Below, piece after piece: positions 18,507 to 27,861 of a stretch of 64,000 nucleotides of DNA (position 1 is the stretch's first letter; every line of letters begins with the position of its first letter). The translations under genes were made by a program, and so were the position numbers. A model generated the notes under the pieces. That model saw only the letters and a list, made by a program, of their open reading frames with translations, did no database searches and had not been told where the DNA came from. Source of the stretch: Candidatus Aminicenantes bacterium. Its GTDB lineage: Bacteria > Acidobacteriota > Aminicenantia > Aminicenantales > UBA4085. The DNA lies in the NCBI GenBank assembly GCA_026393865.1, contig JAPKZI010000043.1, positions 20,519 through 84,518 of the forward strand. The letters run 5' to 3'.

Positions 18507-18536
18507 ATTATATTTTTGTTCCGGCGCCAAAGTCAA
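18507..18536 (-). promoter_or_regulatory. Promoter TTGACT-N18-TATAAT for the malic enzyme gene
   Basis: -35 at 18531-18536, -10 at 18507-18512, 34 nt upstream of the ATG. Confidence 0.6.
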
Positions 18537-18664
18537 CTTGGTGAGAGAGAATCCGGAGAGGTCGGCCGATCCATCGGGTGCCGGCCGCGGGTCAAGGTCA
18601 AAATCGGTTCAGCCGCGACAGATCCCGGTGATGCGGCGATGTCCGAGCGTAATTTCCCGGATGG

Positions 18665-19138
18665 TCATTTCAGGAGTTTGTCGAGTCCGAAGATCAGGGC
18701 GTCGTGAGAGGTTTGGGCGAGGTCGATCTTGGCCGTGTCCATGCGGAGGGCGTCCTCGGGACAGGCCTCGACGCAGAACCCGCAGAAACAGCAGCGGTTA
18801 AGATCGATGACGAAGGTCGAAGGATATTTCTGGATCTCGGGGTCCGGGTCCTCCGCGGCTTCGATCACGATGCATTCCGAAGGGCAGACCGTGACGCACA
18901 GCAGGCAGGCCACGCAGCGCGGCTTGCCGTCGTCCCGCTTCATCAGCCGATGCAGGCTGCGGTGGCGGGAGGCCAGGTCCTTTTTCTGTTCAGGATACTG
19001 GATCGTGACCGCTCCCTTTCTCTTGGTCTTGATGCCGAAAAGGTTCAATGTATGGAACCACATATTGACGTTGAAGTGGCGGGTGGTGATCCAAATCCCC
19101 CTGAGGAGCTCGACGAAATACCCGAACGCTTTCAGCAT
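18665..19138 (-). CDS. nuoI: NADH-quinone oxidoreductase subunit I
   Basis: Two CxxCxxCxxxCP ferredoxin motifs (CVACLLCVTVCP, CCFCGFCVEACP). Confidence 0.93.
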   Translation of the reverse strand: MLKAFGYFVELLRGIWITTRHFNVNMWFHTLNLFGIKTKRKGAVTIQYPEQKKDLASRHRSLHRLMKRDDGKPRCVACLLCVTVCPSECIVIEAAEDPDPEIQKYPSTFVIDLNRCCFCGFCVEACPEDALRMDTAKIDLAQTSHDALIFGLDKLLK

Positions 19139-19139
19139 G

Positions 19140-20213
19140 TTAAAAGCTCATCACGATGGCCGTCCCGAGGATGTTCAGCAGGCTGAGAGGAACCAACAGT
19201 TTCCAGCCCAGGTCCATGAGCTGGTCGTAGCGCAGGCGCGGAAACGTCCAGCGGATCAGGATCTGGAACCAGCAGAAGAAGAAGACCTTGAGATTGAAGG
19301 CCGCCACCTGGAATACGGTGACGAGCCACGGCGCGAGATGCCAGGTCCCGCCCCAGGGGAACTGGAATCCTCCCGCCCCCAGCCAAGGCACCTGCCAGCC
19401 GCCGAAAAAGAGGGTCGTCAACAGGGTCGAGACGATGAGGATCTCCATGAAATCCGTCATCATGAACAAGCCCCATTTCAGCCCGCCGTACTCGGTGAAA
19501 AAGCCGATGATCTCTGACTCTCCTTCCGGCAGGTCGAAGGGGACTCGCTTGGTCTCGGCGATGGCCGCGAATAAAAAGAGGATGAACCCGACCGGCTGGA
19601 GAAAGACGCCCCAGGCGGGCAGGAACCCGAATAAAAGACTGCCCTGGGCCCGGACGATGTCGGACAGCCGCAGCGAGGGATAGACCATGATCAGGCCGAC
19701 GAGCGAAAGCCCCAGGGCCACTTCATAGGAGATAAGCTGGGCGGCGCCCCGGACGCTCCCGAGCAGGGCGAACCGGTTGTTCGAAGCCCAGCCGCTTAGG
19801 AGGATGCCGTAGATGCCCAGCGAGAGCATGGCCAGGACGAACAGCAGGCCGATGTCGGCGTCGAAGATCTGAAGACTGATGGTCTTTCCGGCGACGCGGA
19901 TATCGTCGCCGAAGGGAATGGCCGAAATGGTGATGGCCACGAAAAAGAAGGACAGGAACGGAGCCAGCGTATGGAGGAACTTGCGGGAAAAGGCCGGGAC
20001 GAAGTCCTCTTTGAAGATCATCTTGATGGCATCGGCGAAGGGCTGGAACAGCCCGAAGAGGCGTAGGCCGAAAATGCTGGCCCGGTTGGCCCCGATCCGG
20101 TCCTGAAGGACCGCGCTTTCCTTGCGCTCAGCCCAAGTGAGATAAAGCGTCAGGACGAGGAACCAGACCAGGGCGAGGATGATCTTGATCAGAACGATGC
20201 CGAGGTCCGTCAT
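19140..20213 (-). CDS. nuoH: NADH-quinone oxidoreductase subunit H
   Basis: 357-aa polytopic protein, LTWAERKESAVLQDRIGANRA NuoH signature. Confidence 0.93.
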   Translation of the reverse strand: MTDLGIVLIKIILALVWFLVLTLYLTWAERKESAVLQDRIGANRASIFGLRLFGLFQPFADAIKMIFKEDFVPAFSRKFLHTLAPFLSFFFVAITISAIPFGDDIRVAGKTISLQIFDADIGLLFVLAMLSLGIYGILLSGWASNNRFALLGSVRGAAQLISYEVALGLSLVGLIMVYPSLRLSDIVRAQGSLLFGFLPAWGVFLQPVGFILFLFAAIAETKRVPFDLPEGESEIIGFFTEYGGLKWGLFMMTDFMEILIVSTLLTTLFFGGWQVPWLGAGGFQFPWGGTWHLAPWLVTVFQVAAFNLKVFFFCWFQILIRWTFPRLRYDQLMDLGWKLLVPLSLLNILGTAIVMSF

Positions 20214-21772
20214 GGGCGCGCTCCGAAGAAGGGAATATCCTTCGCGAGTTCGCGATGGACCTCTTCCGGACCGGTCAAGGCGCCGAAATAGGCGTCATCG
20301 AGATGGATCTCCCGAGCCAGGTCGAGAAGGATCTGGACTTCGGGCCGGATGTCGCCGCAGGCGCGCGCGATCGCGGCGATCCTCTGGATCCGGCCGTCCG
20401 CGTTCGTCAGCGTCCCGCTTTTCTCGGCGACGGACGAGGCCGGCAGGACAAAATCCGCGGCCGAAGCGAGCTCGTTCAAGTGGGCCGTCACAAGGATTTT
20501 AACGGAGACTTTCTCCAGAGCCGCTTTCCATGCGCCGTCGTTGGAGCCTCCGGCGAGAGAGGAGCCGAAAATAAATAGGATGTCCGAGTCTCGGGCCAGG
20601 ACGTCCAGGTCAACCGGTTTCACCTCGAATCCCATTTCCCGGGCCCCGCGCCGGTTCGGCGTCCGATCGGCCCGGAGCAGGAAGCCGTCCTCCGTCCCCG
20701 GCGCCGGATCGGCGAAAGAGACGTTTCTCACGCCCAATCCGTCCTTGAATATCTTCTTGATCAGGAACAGCTCTTCGTTGGTCAGCCACGTCGTGAGGAT
20801 GAGCGAGATCCGGCCGGTTTTGCCGTTCTCGCGCAGGGCTTTGATCTTCTCCCCGATGACGATCAGCGCCTTGTCCCAGCTCAGTTCCGTCGTTGATCCC
20901 GGGCCCTTGTTCCAGATGAGCTTTTCGCAGCGGTTCTTCCGCTGCAGATCGACGTATCCGTACCGCCCGTGGTCGCAGATCCACGGCCCGTTGACCGCCT
21001 CGTTCGTCCGCGGCCGGATCCGATAGACCTTGGCGCTTCCGGCGACACGGGGAAAGCCGGGATGGTAGTCGATAAAAATGTTGCAGCCGCGGCTGCAGAG
21101 CGGGCAGATCGATTCGCCCTTCGTCAGGAACCACGACCGCGTCTTGAAGCGGAACTCCGTGTCGGTGATGGCCCCGACGGGACAGAGGTCGACCAGGTTG
21201 CCGGAGTAGCCGTTCCGGACCGGCTCGTTCTCATAGCCGCCGATCTCGGAATGGATCCCCCGCTCGAAAAGTCCGAGCTCGTGGGTTTTGGTGATCTCGG
21301 CCAGAAAGCGGACGCAACGCGTGCACAGAACGCAGCGCTCCCGGTCGAGGATGAGCTGATCTCCGATCCGGACCTTCTTCTCCCGTTTTTCCTTGAACTC
21401 GCGGAAGACGCTCTCGGTCAGGCCGTAGTCCTGGTAATAATCCTGGAGTTTGCATTCGCCGGCCTTGTCGCAGATGGGGCAGTCGAGCGGATGCTCGGCT
21501 AAGATGAATTCGAGCACGGCGCGGCGCGCTTCTCGAACAGCCGGGCTCTGGGTCGAGACCTTCATCCCTTCGCGGACGACCATGGAACAGGACAGCTCCA
21601 ATTTTGGGCTTCCCTCGATCTCGACGAGACAGAGCCGGCAGCTTCCTTCCGGAACAAAAGCCGGATGATAACAGAAATGGGGAATGGCGATGCCGGCCCG
21701 CTGAGCGGCCTTGAAGACGGTCGTCCCTTCGACGACTTCGACCGGCCCGCCGTCCAAAAAGATTTTGACCAT
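20210..21772 (-). CDS. nuoG: NADH-quinone oxidoreductase subunit G (short, 520 aa)
   Basis: N-terminal 2Fe-2S (CRLCLVEIEG...C), HPLDCPICDKAGEC and CVLCTRCVRF clusters. Confidence 0.9.
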   Translation of the reverse strand: MVKIFLDGGPVEVVEGTTVFKAAQRAGIAIPHFCYHPAFVPEGSCRLCLVEIEGSPKLELSCSMVVREGMKVSTQSPAVREARRAVLEFILAEHPLDCPICDKAGECKLQDYYQDYGLTESVFREFKEKREKKVRIGDQLILDRERCVLCTRCVRFLAEITKTHELGLFERGIHSEIGGYENEPVRNGYSGNLVDLCPVGAITDTEFRFKTRSWFLTKGESICPLCSRGCNIFIDYHPGFPRVAGSAKVYRIRPRTNEAVNGPWICDHGRYGYVDLQRKNRCEKLIWNKGPGSTTELSWDKALIVIGEKIKALRENGKTGRISLILTTWLTNEELFLIKKIFKDGLGVRNVSFADPAPGTEDGFLLRADRTPNRRGAREMGFEVKPVDLDVLARDSDILFIFGSSLAGGSNDGAWKAALEKVSVKILVTAHLNELASAADFVLPASSVAEKSGTLTNADGRIQRIAAIARACGDIRPEVQILLDLAREIHLDDAYFGALTGPEEVHRELAKDIPFFGARP

Positions 21773-21777
21773 GATCG

Positions 21778-23031
21778 CTAGGCGCTCCCCTTCAAGGCGG
21801 TTTGGAGCTCCGCTTTAAACTTTTTGGCGATGGCCAGGACCGGCAGGGCGGCGGCGTCGCCCAGCGGGCAGAGCGTCCGGCCCTTGATATTGGCCGAAAG
21901 GCGGATCAGCCCGTCCACGTCGTCCGCCCGGCCCTTCCCCGCGGCCATGCGCTTGACGATCTTATGGATCCAGGAGGTGCCGAGGCGGCAGGGCGTGCAT
22001 TGCCCGCACGACTCGTGGGCGTAAAACTTGGCCACTTTGGACAGGACATCCAGGATCGGCGTCCTGTCATCGATGACGATGATCGCTCCCGAACCGAGCA
22101 TCGATCCGGCGGCGGCCACGCAATCGCAGTCCATCTTGACGTCGACCTCGTCGGCCTTGAAGACGGGGGAAGACATCCCTCCCGGGATGACCGCCTTGAG
22201 CGTGCGTCCGGGTTTCAAACCGCCGGCATGATCGAAAATGATCTCGCGCAGGCTCGTCCCGACCGGGAGTTCATAGATCCCGGGTTTGTTCACCGCGCCG
22301 CTAACGCCGAAGATCCGCGTTCCCCCGTCCTTGGGCGAGCCCCGCTCCAGGAACCAGGCGGCCCCATTCAAAACAATGAAGGGGACGTTGGCCAGCGTCT
22401 CGACGTTGTTGATGACCGTCGGACTCTGGAACAACCCGACGGATGCCGGGAACGGCGGTTTGAGCCGAGGATTGCCCCGCTTGCCTTCGAGCGATTCGAG
22501 AAGGCCCGTCTCCTCTCCGCAGATATAAGCTCCGGCGCCGCGGTGGACGTACAGGTCAAGGTCGAAACCGACACCCAGAATGTTCTTCCCGAGATAGCCT
22601 TTCGCATACGCGTCGCCGATGGCCCCCTCCAAACGGCGGGCGATGAGCTCGTATTCGCCCCGGATATAGATATAAGCGGTATGAATGCCGACGGCGTAAG
22701 CGGCGAGGATGATCCCCTCGATCAAAAGATGAGGATCATGGGCCATGATGTATCGGTCCTTGAACGTCCCGGGCTCGCCCTCGTCGGCGTTGACGCAGAG
22801 ATATTTCGCCTTGTCCGTCTTCTGGGGGACGAAGCTCCATTTAAGACCGGCCGGAAAACCCGCCCCGCCCCGGCCCCTGAGGTTGGCCTTTTTGACCTCG
22901 TCCAGGACCTGCTCGGGTTTCCATTCGGTCAGGGCTTTTTTGACGGCCCGATAGCCGCCCTGGTCGAGATAGACGCCGATCCGGAACAGATGGTCCAGCT
23001 CGAAGCCCTTGGTGAGAACCTTCGTCTCCAT
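21778..23031 (-). CDS. nuoF: NADH-quinone oxidoreductase subunit F
   Basis: GRGGAGFPAGLKW FMN/NADH site and a C-terminal ESCGQCTPCR cluster. Start trimmed to the ATG at 23031 (METKVL...). Confidence 0.93.
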   Translation of the reverse strand: METKVLTKGFELDHLFRIGVYLDQGGYRAVKKALTEWKPEQVLDEVKKANLRGRGGAGFPAGLKWSFVPQKTDKAKYLCVNADEGEPGTFKDRYIMAHDPHLLIEGIILAAYAVGIHTAYIYIRGEYELIARRLEGAIGDAYAKGYLGKNILGVGFDLDLYVHRGAGAYICGEETGLLESLEGKRGNPRLKPPFPASVGLFQSPTVINNVETLANVPFIVLNGAAWFLERGSPKDGGTRIFGVSGAVNKPGIYELPVGTSLREIIFDHAGGLKPGRTLKAVIPGGMSSPVFKADEVDVKMDCDCVAAAGSMLGSGAIIVIDDRTPILDVLSKVAKFYAHESCGQCTPCRLGTSWIHKIVKRMAAGKGRADDVDGLIRLSANIKGRTLCPLGDAAALPVLAIAKKFKAELQTALKGSA

Positions 23032-23033
23032 TC

Positions 23034-23507
23034 CTATTTCAACTCTTCCAGGATCCGATCGACCTTCTCCGGGTCGAGGTTCCCGTGATAATCGAAATTG
23101 ACCATCATGCAGGGAGCCTGCTCGCAGGCTCCCAAGCACTCCACTTCGGTGAGCGTGTATTTTCCGTCCGGCGTCGTCTCCCCCGCCCCGATGCCCAATT
23201 TGGCCTGGAGATGCCGGAGGATCCGTTCCCCATCGGCCAGCGAACAACTGAGATTGGAACAGACCTGGAGATGGAACCGGCCGAGGGGCTTTCGAGTGAA
23301 CATCGTATAGAACGTGACGACCTCGCGGACCTTGATCGGCGGGAGGCCCAGGATCGAGGCGACCGCCCGTTCCTCCTCGGCGGAGAGAAATCCCGTCTCG
23401 CTCTGGACAAGATGCAAAACCGGAAGGAGAGCGGCCTGCCGGCTCGGATAGCGGGCCGTGATCTCTTCGATCCTTTTCTTAAGATCGGCCGTGAATTCGC
23501 GGTTCAC
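23034..23507 (-). CDS. nuoE: NADH-quinone oxidoreductase subunit E
   Basis: 157 aa from a GTG that overlaps the nuoD TGA (GTGA). 2Fe-2S ligands in QVCSNLSC...ECLGACEQAP. Confidence 0.88.
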   Translation of the reverse strand: MNREFTADLKKRIEEITARYPSRQAALLPVLHLVQSETGFLSAEEERAVASILGLPPIKVREVVTFYTMFTRKPLGRFHLQVCSNLSCSLADGERILRHLQAKLGIGAGETTPDGKYTLTEVECLGACEQAPCMMVNFDYHGNLDPEKVDRILEELK

Positions 23508-24829
23508 CGGTCCAACTCCCCGAGGATGATGTTCATGGAACCGAAAGTCGGGATGACGTCGGCGACCATGCGGCCCTTGATCAATTCCTCGATCGCGGCC
23601 AGTAGGGGGAGGCACGGGGCGCGCAGGTGGAGCCGATAAGGCCGGTCCGTTCCGTCGGAGACGATATAATAGCCCAGTTCGCCGTTGCCGCCTTCGACCG
23701 AGAGATAGGCTTCTCCTTTCGGCGGCCGGATGCCGTGGCCCTTCATGAAATACTTGAAATGCGAGATCAATCCTTCGATGGACGTGTACGTCTCTTCTTT
23801 CGGGGGGATGGTGACGCGCCGGTCGTCGGCCAGGATGTCCTTGGTGACGGCCTTCTCCGAACCCTCGAGGTTGGGCGAGAGCTTGACCGGCCGGTCCGGC
23901 TTCTGCGTCCGCGCCGCGCGGATCGCTTCGGCCGGTTCCAGGCCGTCGGCCATCAGGCCCGTTTTCGCTTTCGGGATCTTGGCCAGGCATTGCTCCACGA
24001 TCCGCAGGCTCTGGTCCATCTCCCGCATCCGGACCATATAGCGATCGAAATTGTCGCCGCGTTCGCCGGTCGGGATTTCGAAATTCAGCCGGTCATAGGT
24101 GAGATACGGGTGGGCTTTGCGGACATCGTAAGCGATCCCCGTCGAGCGGAGAGCGGGGCCGGTCCAGCCATAGTTCACGGCGTTCTCCGGCGTCATGACC
24201 CCGATGTCCCGGGTCCGGTTGAGAAAGATCTTGTTTTTGTCCAGGAGGCCATGGACGTCCTTGAGGACCTTGCGGGTCTCGGCCAGTCCCTTTTGAACGG
24301 CCGCCTCGTAATCGGCATGCAGGTCGGCCCGGACGCCGCCGATCCGGATGTAGGACGTCGTCATCCGGGCCCCCGTCGTGGCCTCGATCACGTCCCAGAG
24401 GAACTCCCTGGCCTTCATTTTGTACAAGAAGACCGTGAACGCTCCGCATTCCATGGCCATGGCGGCGAGGCAGGTCAGGTGATCCGAGATCCGGGACAGC
24501 TCGCTCATCAGGACGCGGATATATTGAGCCCGCTCAGGGATGCTCAAGCCGAGCAGCTTCTCGACCGTCATCACGTAGCCGACATTGTTGATGAGCGGAG
24601 AGACGTAATTCAGCCGGTCGGTGTAGATCAGCAGGTTGAAATACGTCCGGTTCTCGCAGGTCTTCTCGAAACCCCGGTGGAGGTAGCCGACTTCGATCTC
24701 GGAGTTCAGGATCCGCTCGCCGTCGAGCTCGAGCATGATCCGGACGGCGCCGTGCATGGCCGGATGGGACGGCCCCATGTTGATCAGGAGGCTGTCCGGT
24801 CGGGCTTGGCTCTGGATCCGGCTCGGCAT
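23504..24829 (-). CDS. nuoD: NADH-quinone oxidoreductase subunit D
   Basis: 441 aa, INMGPSHPAMHG...RAPC; appears to carry an extra segment before SIEGLISHFK. Confidence 0.93.
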   Translation of the reverse strand: MPSRIQSQARPDSLLINMGPSHPAMHGAVRIMLELDGERILNSEIEVGYLHRGFEKTCENRTYFNLLIYTDRLNYVSPLINNVGYVMTVEKLLGLSIPERAQYIRVLMSELSRISDHLTCLAAMAMECGAFTVFLYKMKAREFLWDVIEATTGARMTTSYIRIGGVRADLHADYEAAVQKGLAETRKVLKDVHGLLDKNKIFLNRTRDIGVMTPENAVNYGWTGPALRSTGIAYDVRKAHPYLTYDRLNFEIPTGERGDNFDRYMVRMREMDQSLRIVEQCLAKIPKAKTGLMADGLEPAEAIRAARTQKPDRPVKLSPNLEGSEKAVTKDILADDRRVTIPPKEETYTSIEGLISHFKYFMKGHGIRPPKGEAYLSVEGGNGELGYYIVSDGTDRPYRLHLRAPCLPLLAAIEELIKGRMVADVIPTFGSMNIILGELDR

Positions 24830-24830
24830 C

Positions 24831-25310
24831 TTATTTCCTCAGGGGGATCATCGGCTGGCGTTTGCGAAGCGGATAATCTTTGCGCAAAGGATGGCCTACA
24901 AAGCCGTCGTTCATGAACAGGCGCCGCAGGTCCGGATGGCCGGCGAAACGGACTCCGAACATATCGAAGACCTCGCGCTCGAGCCAATCGGCGTTCTTCC
25001 AGAAACGGACCAGCGAATCCACGACCGCCGCATCCTCCGGGACCGACAGTTTGATCCGGAGACGCCTGTTCGCGGCCAGCGAGAACAGGTGATAAACCAT
25101 CTCGAACCGCTCGGCGCGCTCCGGATAATCGACGCAGGTCAGGTCCAGGAGCATGGCGAACTCATAAGGTTTTTCTTTCAAGAACGGGATGATCTCGAGA
25201 AGCGCGTCCTTGCGGATGACGATGGTCGCGTCCCCCAGCGGAGCGGACGCATCCACGACGCCCTTGGGAAAACGCCGCTTGAGCGCCTCTAGGATCGTTG
25301 TTTCTTCCAT
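24831..25310 (-). CDS. nuoC: NADH-quinone oxidoreductase subunit C
   Basis: MEETTILEALKRRFP...WLEREVFDMFGVRFAGHPDLRRL. Start trimmed to 25310. Confidence 0.9.
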   Translation of the reverse strand: MEETTILEALKRRFPKGVVDASAPLGDATIVIRKDALLEIIPFLKEKPYEFAMLLDLTCVDYPERAERFEMVYHLFSLAANRRLRIKLSVPEDAAVVDSLVRFWKNADWLEREVFDMFGVRFAGHPDLRRLFMNDGFVGHPLRKDYPLRKRQPMIPLRK

Positions 25311-25765
25311 CGCCAATCCTGTTTCGTTTTTTGGATCTTGTCTTGGAGCTTGATCAGTCCGTCGAGGACCATCTCCGGCTGCGGCGGGCAGCCGGGGATG
25401 AAGATATCGACGGGGATGACCTGATCGACGCCCTGAACGACGGCGTAGTTGTCGTAGATGCCGCCGCTCACGGCGCAGGCCCCGAAGGCGATGACCCACT
25501 TGGGCTCGGTCATCTGGTCATAGACGGTCCGTAGAACGGGGGCCTGCTTCTGGGAGATGGTACCGACGACGAGAAGAAGGTCGGACTGGCGCGGGGAGAA
25601 CCGCGTCCAGCCGGCGCCGAACCGGTCGATGTCGAAATGGGCGCAGGCGGCGGACATGTATTCCATCCCGCAGCAGGCCGTCACAAAGGGATAGTGGAAG
25701 AGCGAGTACTTCCTCCCCCAGCCGAGCATGGCGTTCAAACGCGTCGTGATGAAATTTCCCTGCAT
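25289..25765 (-). CDS. nuoB: NADH-quinone oxidoreductase subunit B
   Basis: MQGNFITTRLN...ACCGMEY...GACA...IPGCPP (N2 cluster ligands). Start trimmed to 25765. Confidence 0.92.
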   Translation of the reverse strand: MQGNFITTRLNAMLGWGRKYSLFHYPFVTACCGMEYMSAACAHFDIDRFGAGWTRFSPRQSDLLLVVGTISQKQAPVLRTVYDQMTEPKWVIAFGACAVSGGIYDNYAVVQGVDQVIPVDIFIPGCPPQPEMVLDGLIKLQDKIQKTKQDWRWKKQRS

Positions 25766-25770
25766 AGGCC

Positions 25771-26112
25771 TCAATCCCACTCGAACGCGCCTTTTTTCCA
25801 GGCGTAGATGAATCCCGCGGCGAGGACGGCGCCGTACGCCAGCATGATGACGAGGGCCGGCCCCCGCATCTCTTTGAAGATGAGGGCCCAGGGGAAGAAG
25901 AAGACGACCTCGATATCGAAGAGGAGGAAGACGAAAGCGACGAGGGAGAACTTGATCGGGAACGGTTTGATCTCGTTCTGGAGGTAGGGACTGCCGCACT
26001 CGAACGGCTTTTCTTTGTCGGGATTCGTTTTCTTCGGACCAAGGAGCGCGTTCATCGACAGCAGGACGACGCCCAGAAGACCGAAGATCAGGAAAACGAA
26101 GACCAGTTCCAT
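25771..26112 (-). CDS. nuoA: NADH-quinone oxidoreductase subunit A
   Basis: 113 aa, 3 TM, PFECG...FLLFDIEVVFFFPWA. Confidence 0.9.
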   Translation of the reverse strand: MELVFVFLIFGLLGVVLLSMNALLGPKKTNPDKEKPFECGSPYLQNEIKPFPIKFSLVAFVFLLFDIEVVFFFPWALIFKEMRGPALVIMLAYGAVLAAGFIYAWKKGAFEWD

Positions 26113-26136
26113 CTGAGTCCTTCTCCGCGGGCGGAA

Positions 26137-26165
26137 ATTTTATATGAACGGCGAAGATATTGCAA
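26137..26165 (-). promoter_or_regulatory. Candidate nuo promoter TTGCAA-N17-TAAAAT
   Basis: -35 at 26160-26165, -10 at 26137-26142, 25 nt upstream of the nuoA ATG. GGAGAAGGA RBS. Confidence 0.5.
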
Positions 26166-26226
26166 ATATTTCATGAGAAAAATCGGGAAATCCGGGTGAC
26201 CTTCGCAGGCCCGGTGCGATGTCCCC

Positions 26227-27627
26227 TCAATTCATGATATGGATGGCTTCGCCATGGACCTTGAGGGCCGCCTCCATGACCGCCTCGCTGAGCGTCGGAT
26301 GGATGTGGATCGCGGAAGCCACGTCCCTGACCGTAAGGCCTTTGTGCATGGCCAGCGTCAGCTCGGCGATGAGCTCGCTGGCGGACGCCCCGAGGATATG
26401 AGCCCCAAGGATACGGTCGTCCCGGCCGGCGATGATCTTGACCTGGCCGTCCGGGCTGTCCATGGTCAAGGCCCGGCCGTTCGCCTGAAAAGAAAAGACG
26501 CCGACATGGACCTGGTCCGACTGTTGCCGCGCCTCTTCCTCGGTCAAACCCACCGAGGCGAACTCGGGCTCGGTGAACACGGCCATCGGAAGCGCTTGAT
26601 AATCAACGGTCTCGCGGCCGCCGCAGCCGTTGACCGCCGCGGCCAGGCCTTCATGGGACGCCTTGTGAGCTAGAAGCTTGCCGCCGATGAGATCACCGAT
26701 GGCGTAGATACCGGGGACGTTCGTTTCGAGCCTGTCATTGACCTCGACGCATCCGTATTTATTCACGGCGACGATCCGCCGATCGGCATGGATGCCCTCC
26801 GAATTGGATTTTCGTCCGGCGGCGAGGAGGACGCATTCGGCCGCGAACTCGAAGGGGGCTTGATCCTTCAAGCATATCCCTTTGAGCACGACCCTTCCCG
26901 CCTCTTTCACGCATTGCTCGATCCTCATCTGGGTCAGAACCTTCAAACCTTGCTTCTTCAAAACGAACTCGAGCCGGGCTCCCATCTCCCTATCGCATCC
27001 GGGAAGGACCGTCGGCAGGATCTCGAGGATGGTCACCTCGGTTCCAAGGCGGTGGTAGATCGTCCCGATCTCGATGCCGATGGCTCCGGCGCCGACGACG
27101 AGGAGGCTCTTCGGGACGTTCACGAAATCCAGGGCTTCCCGGCTCGTCACGACGGACGTCCCATCGGCCTTGAGAAACGGAAGTTCGGCTGAGCGGCTTC
27201 CTGTCGCCAGGATGATCCTGTCCGCCTCGTAGACCCTTTCTCCGTCCTCAGCCAGGGCGATGACGGTGCGTTCGTCCTTGAGAGCAGCCTTCGCCCGGAC
27301 CAGTTCGATCCCGTATCTCTGGAACAGAAATTCCACCCCCCGTACGAGCCGGTCCACGACCTTCTGCTTGTCCTCCTGCATTTTTTTCCAGTTGCAGATG
27401 ATCTGGTCCAGGGGGCCGTCCAATTTTTTGCTCGTTTTGAGCTCTTTATAGATTCCGGTTTGATGGAGCAGATGTTTTGTCGGGATACAGCCGTAGTTCA
27501 TGCACGTGCCTCCGACCGCGTCCTCCTCGAACACGACGACTTTCTTCTTGAGCTGGGCGCAGCGGATCGCCGCCGTGTATCCGCCCGGCCCTCCGCCGAT
27601 GATGGCGATGTCTTTACTCGTGACCAT
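26227..27627 (-). CDS. lpdA: Dihydrolipoyl dehydrogenase
   Basis: MVTSKDIAIIGGGPGGY...GGTCMNYGCIPTK redox disulfide; C-terminal HIHPTLSE. Start trimmed to 27627 behind GGAGG (the track ORF runs to 28011). Confidence 0.92.
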   Translation of the reverse strand: MVTSKDIAIIGGGPGGYTAAIRCAQLKKKVVVFEEDAVGGTCMNYGCIPTKHLLHQTGIYKELKTSKKLDGPLDQIICNWKKMQEDKQKVVDRLVRGVEFLFQRYGIELVRAKAALKDERTVIALAEDGERVYEADRIILATGSRSAELPFLKADGTSVVTSREALDFVNVPKSLLVVGAGAIGIEIGTIYHRLGTEVTILEILPTVLPGCDREMGARLEFVLKKQGLKVLTQMRIEQCVKEAGRVVLKGICLKDQAPFEFAAECVLLAAGRKSNSEGIHADRRIVAVNKYGCVEVNDRLETNVPGIYAIGDLIGGKLLAHKASHEGLAAAVNGCGGRETVDYQALPMAVFTEPEFASVGLTEEEARQQSDQVHVGVFSFQANGRALTMDSPDGQVKIIAGRDDRILGAHILGASASELIAELTLAMHKGLTVRDVASAIHIHPTLSEAVMEAALKVHGEAIHIMN

Positions 27628-27658
27628 GCTCCGGCCTCCGATATCAGGATGAAGTCTG

Positions 27659-27667
27659 ATTCTATCA
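27659..27667 (-). promoter_or_regulatory. Extended -10 element TGaTAGAAT for lpdA
   Basis: Reverse complement of 27659-27667, 32 nt upstream of the ATG. Confidence 0.45.
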
Positions 27668-27673
27668 GAAAAT

Positions 27674-27718
27674 AAAAGGGGACGGTTCGATTTTTTTGAA
27701 ATAGAACCGTCCCCTTTT
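27674..27718. terminator. Terminator-like hairpin (11-bp stem GGGGACGGTTC/GAACCGTCCCC, A-run 5', T-run 3') in a divergent intergenic region
   Basis: Stem arms at 27678-27688 and 27704-27714, 15-nt AT loop, AAAA before and TTTT after. It could terminate in either direction. Confidence 0.5.
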
Positions 27719-27861
27719 ATTCCCTTCCAACGAACCCGGCTCCGAACCCCCGATTCACGTAGGCTTTTGCTCGCCGTGAGATCGAGCATCCCTTGACTTA
27801 TCGCAGGATTGATTGGAAAATACCCGCGCCAAATCCGCGCCGAAGGAATCGAGGAGTCACC

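Noticed and set aside
21778-23247. N-terminal extensions of track ORFs: nuoF to 23247, nuoE to 23990, nuoC to 25499, nuoB to 25999, lpdA to 28011, miaB from 38285, pckG from 6716, fic to 6284, rodA to 55212, maeB to 18536.
   Set aside because: The extensions overlap the upstream genes, are compositionally aberrant, and bypass internal starts that have an RBS and align with the conserved N-termini. Starts were trimmed accordingly.
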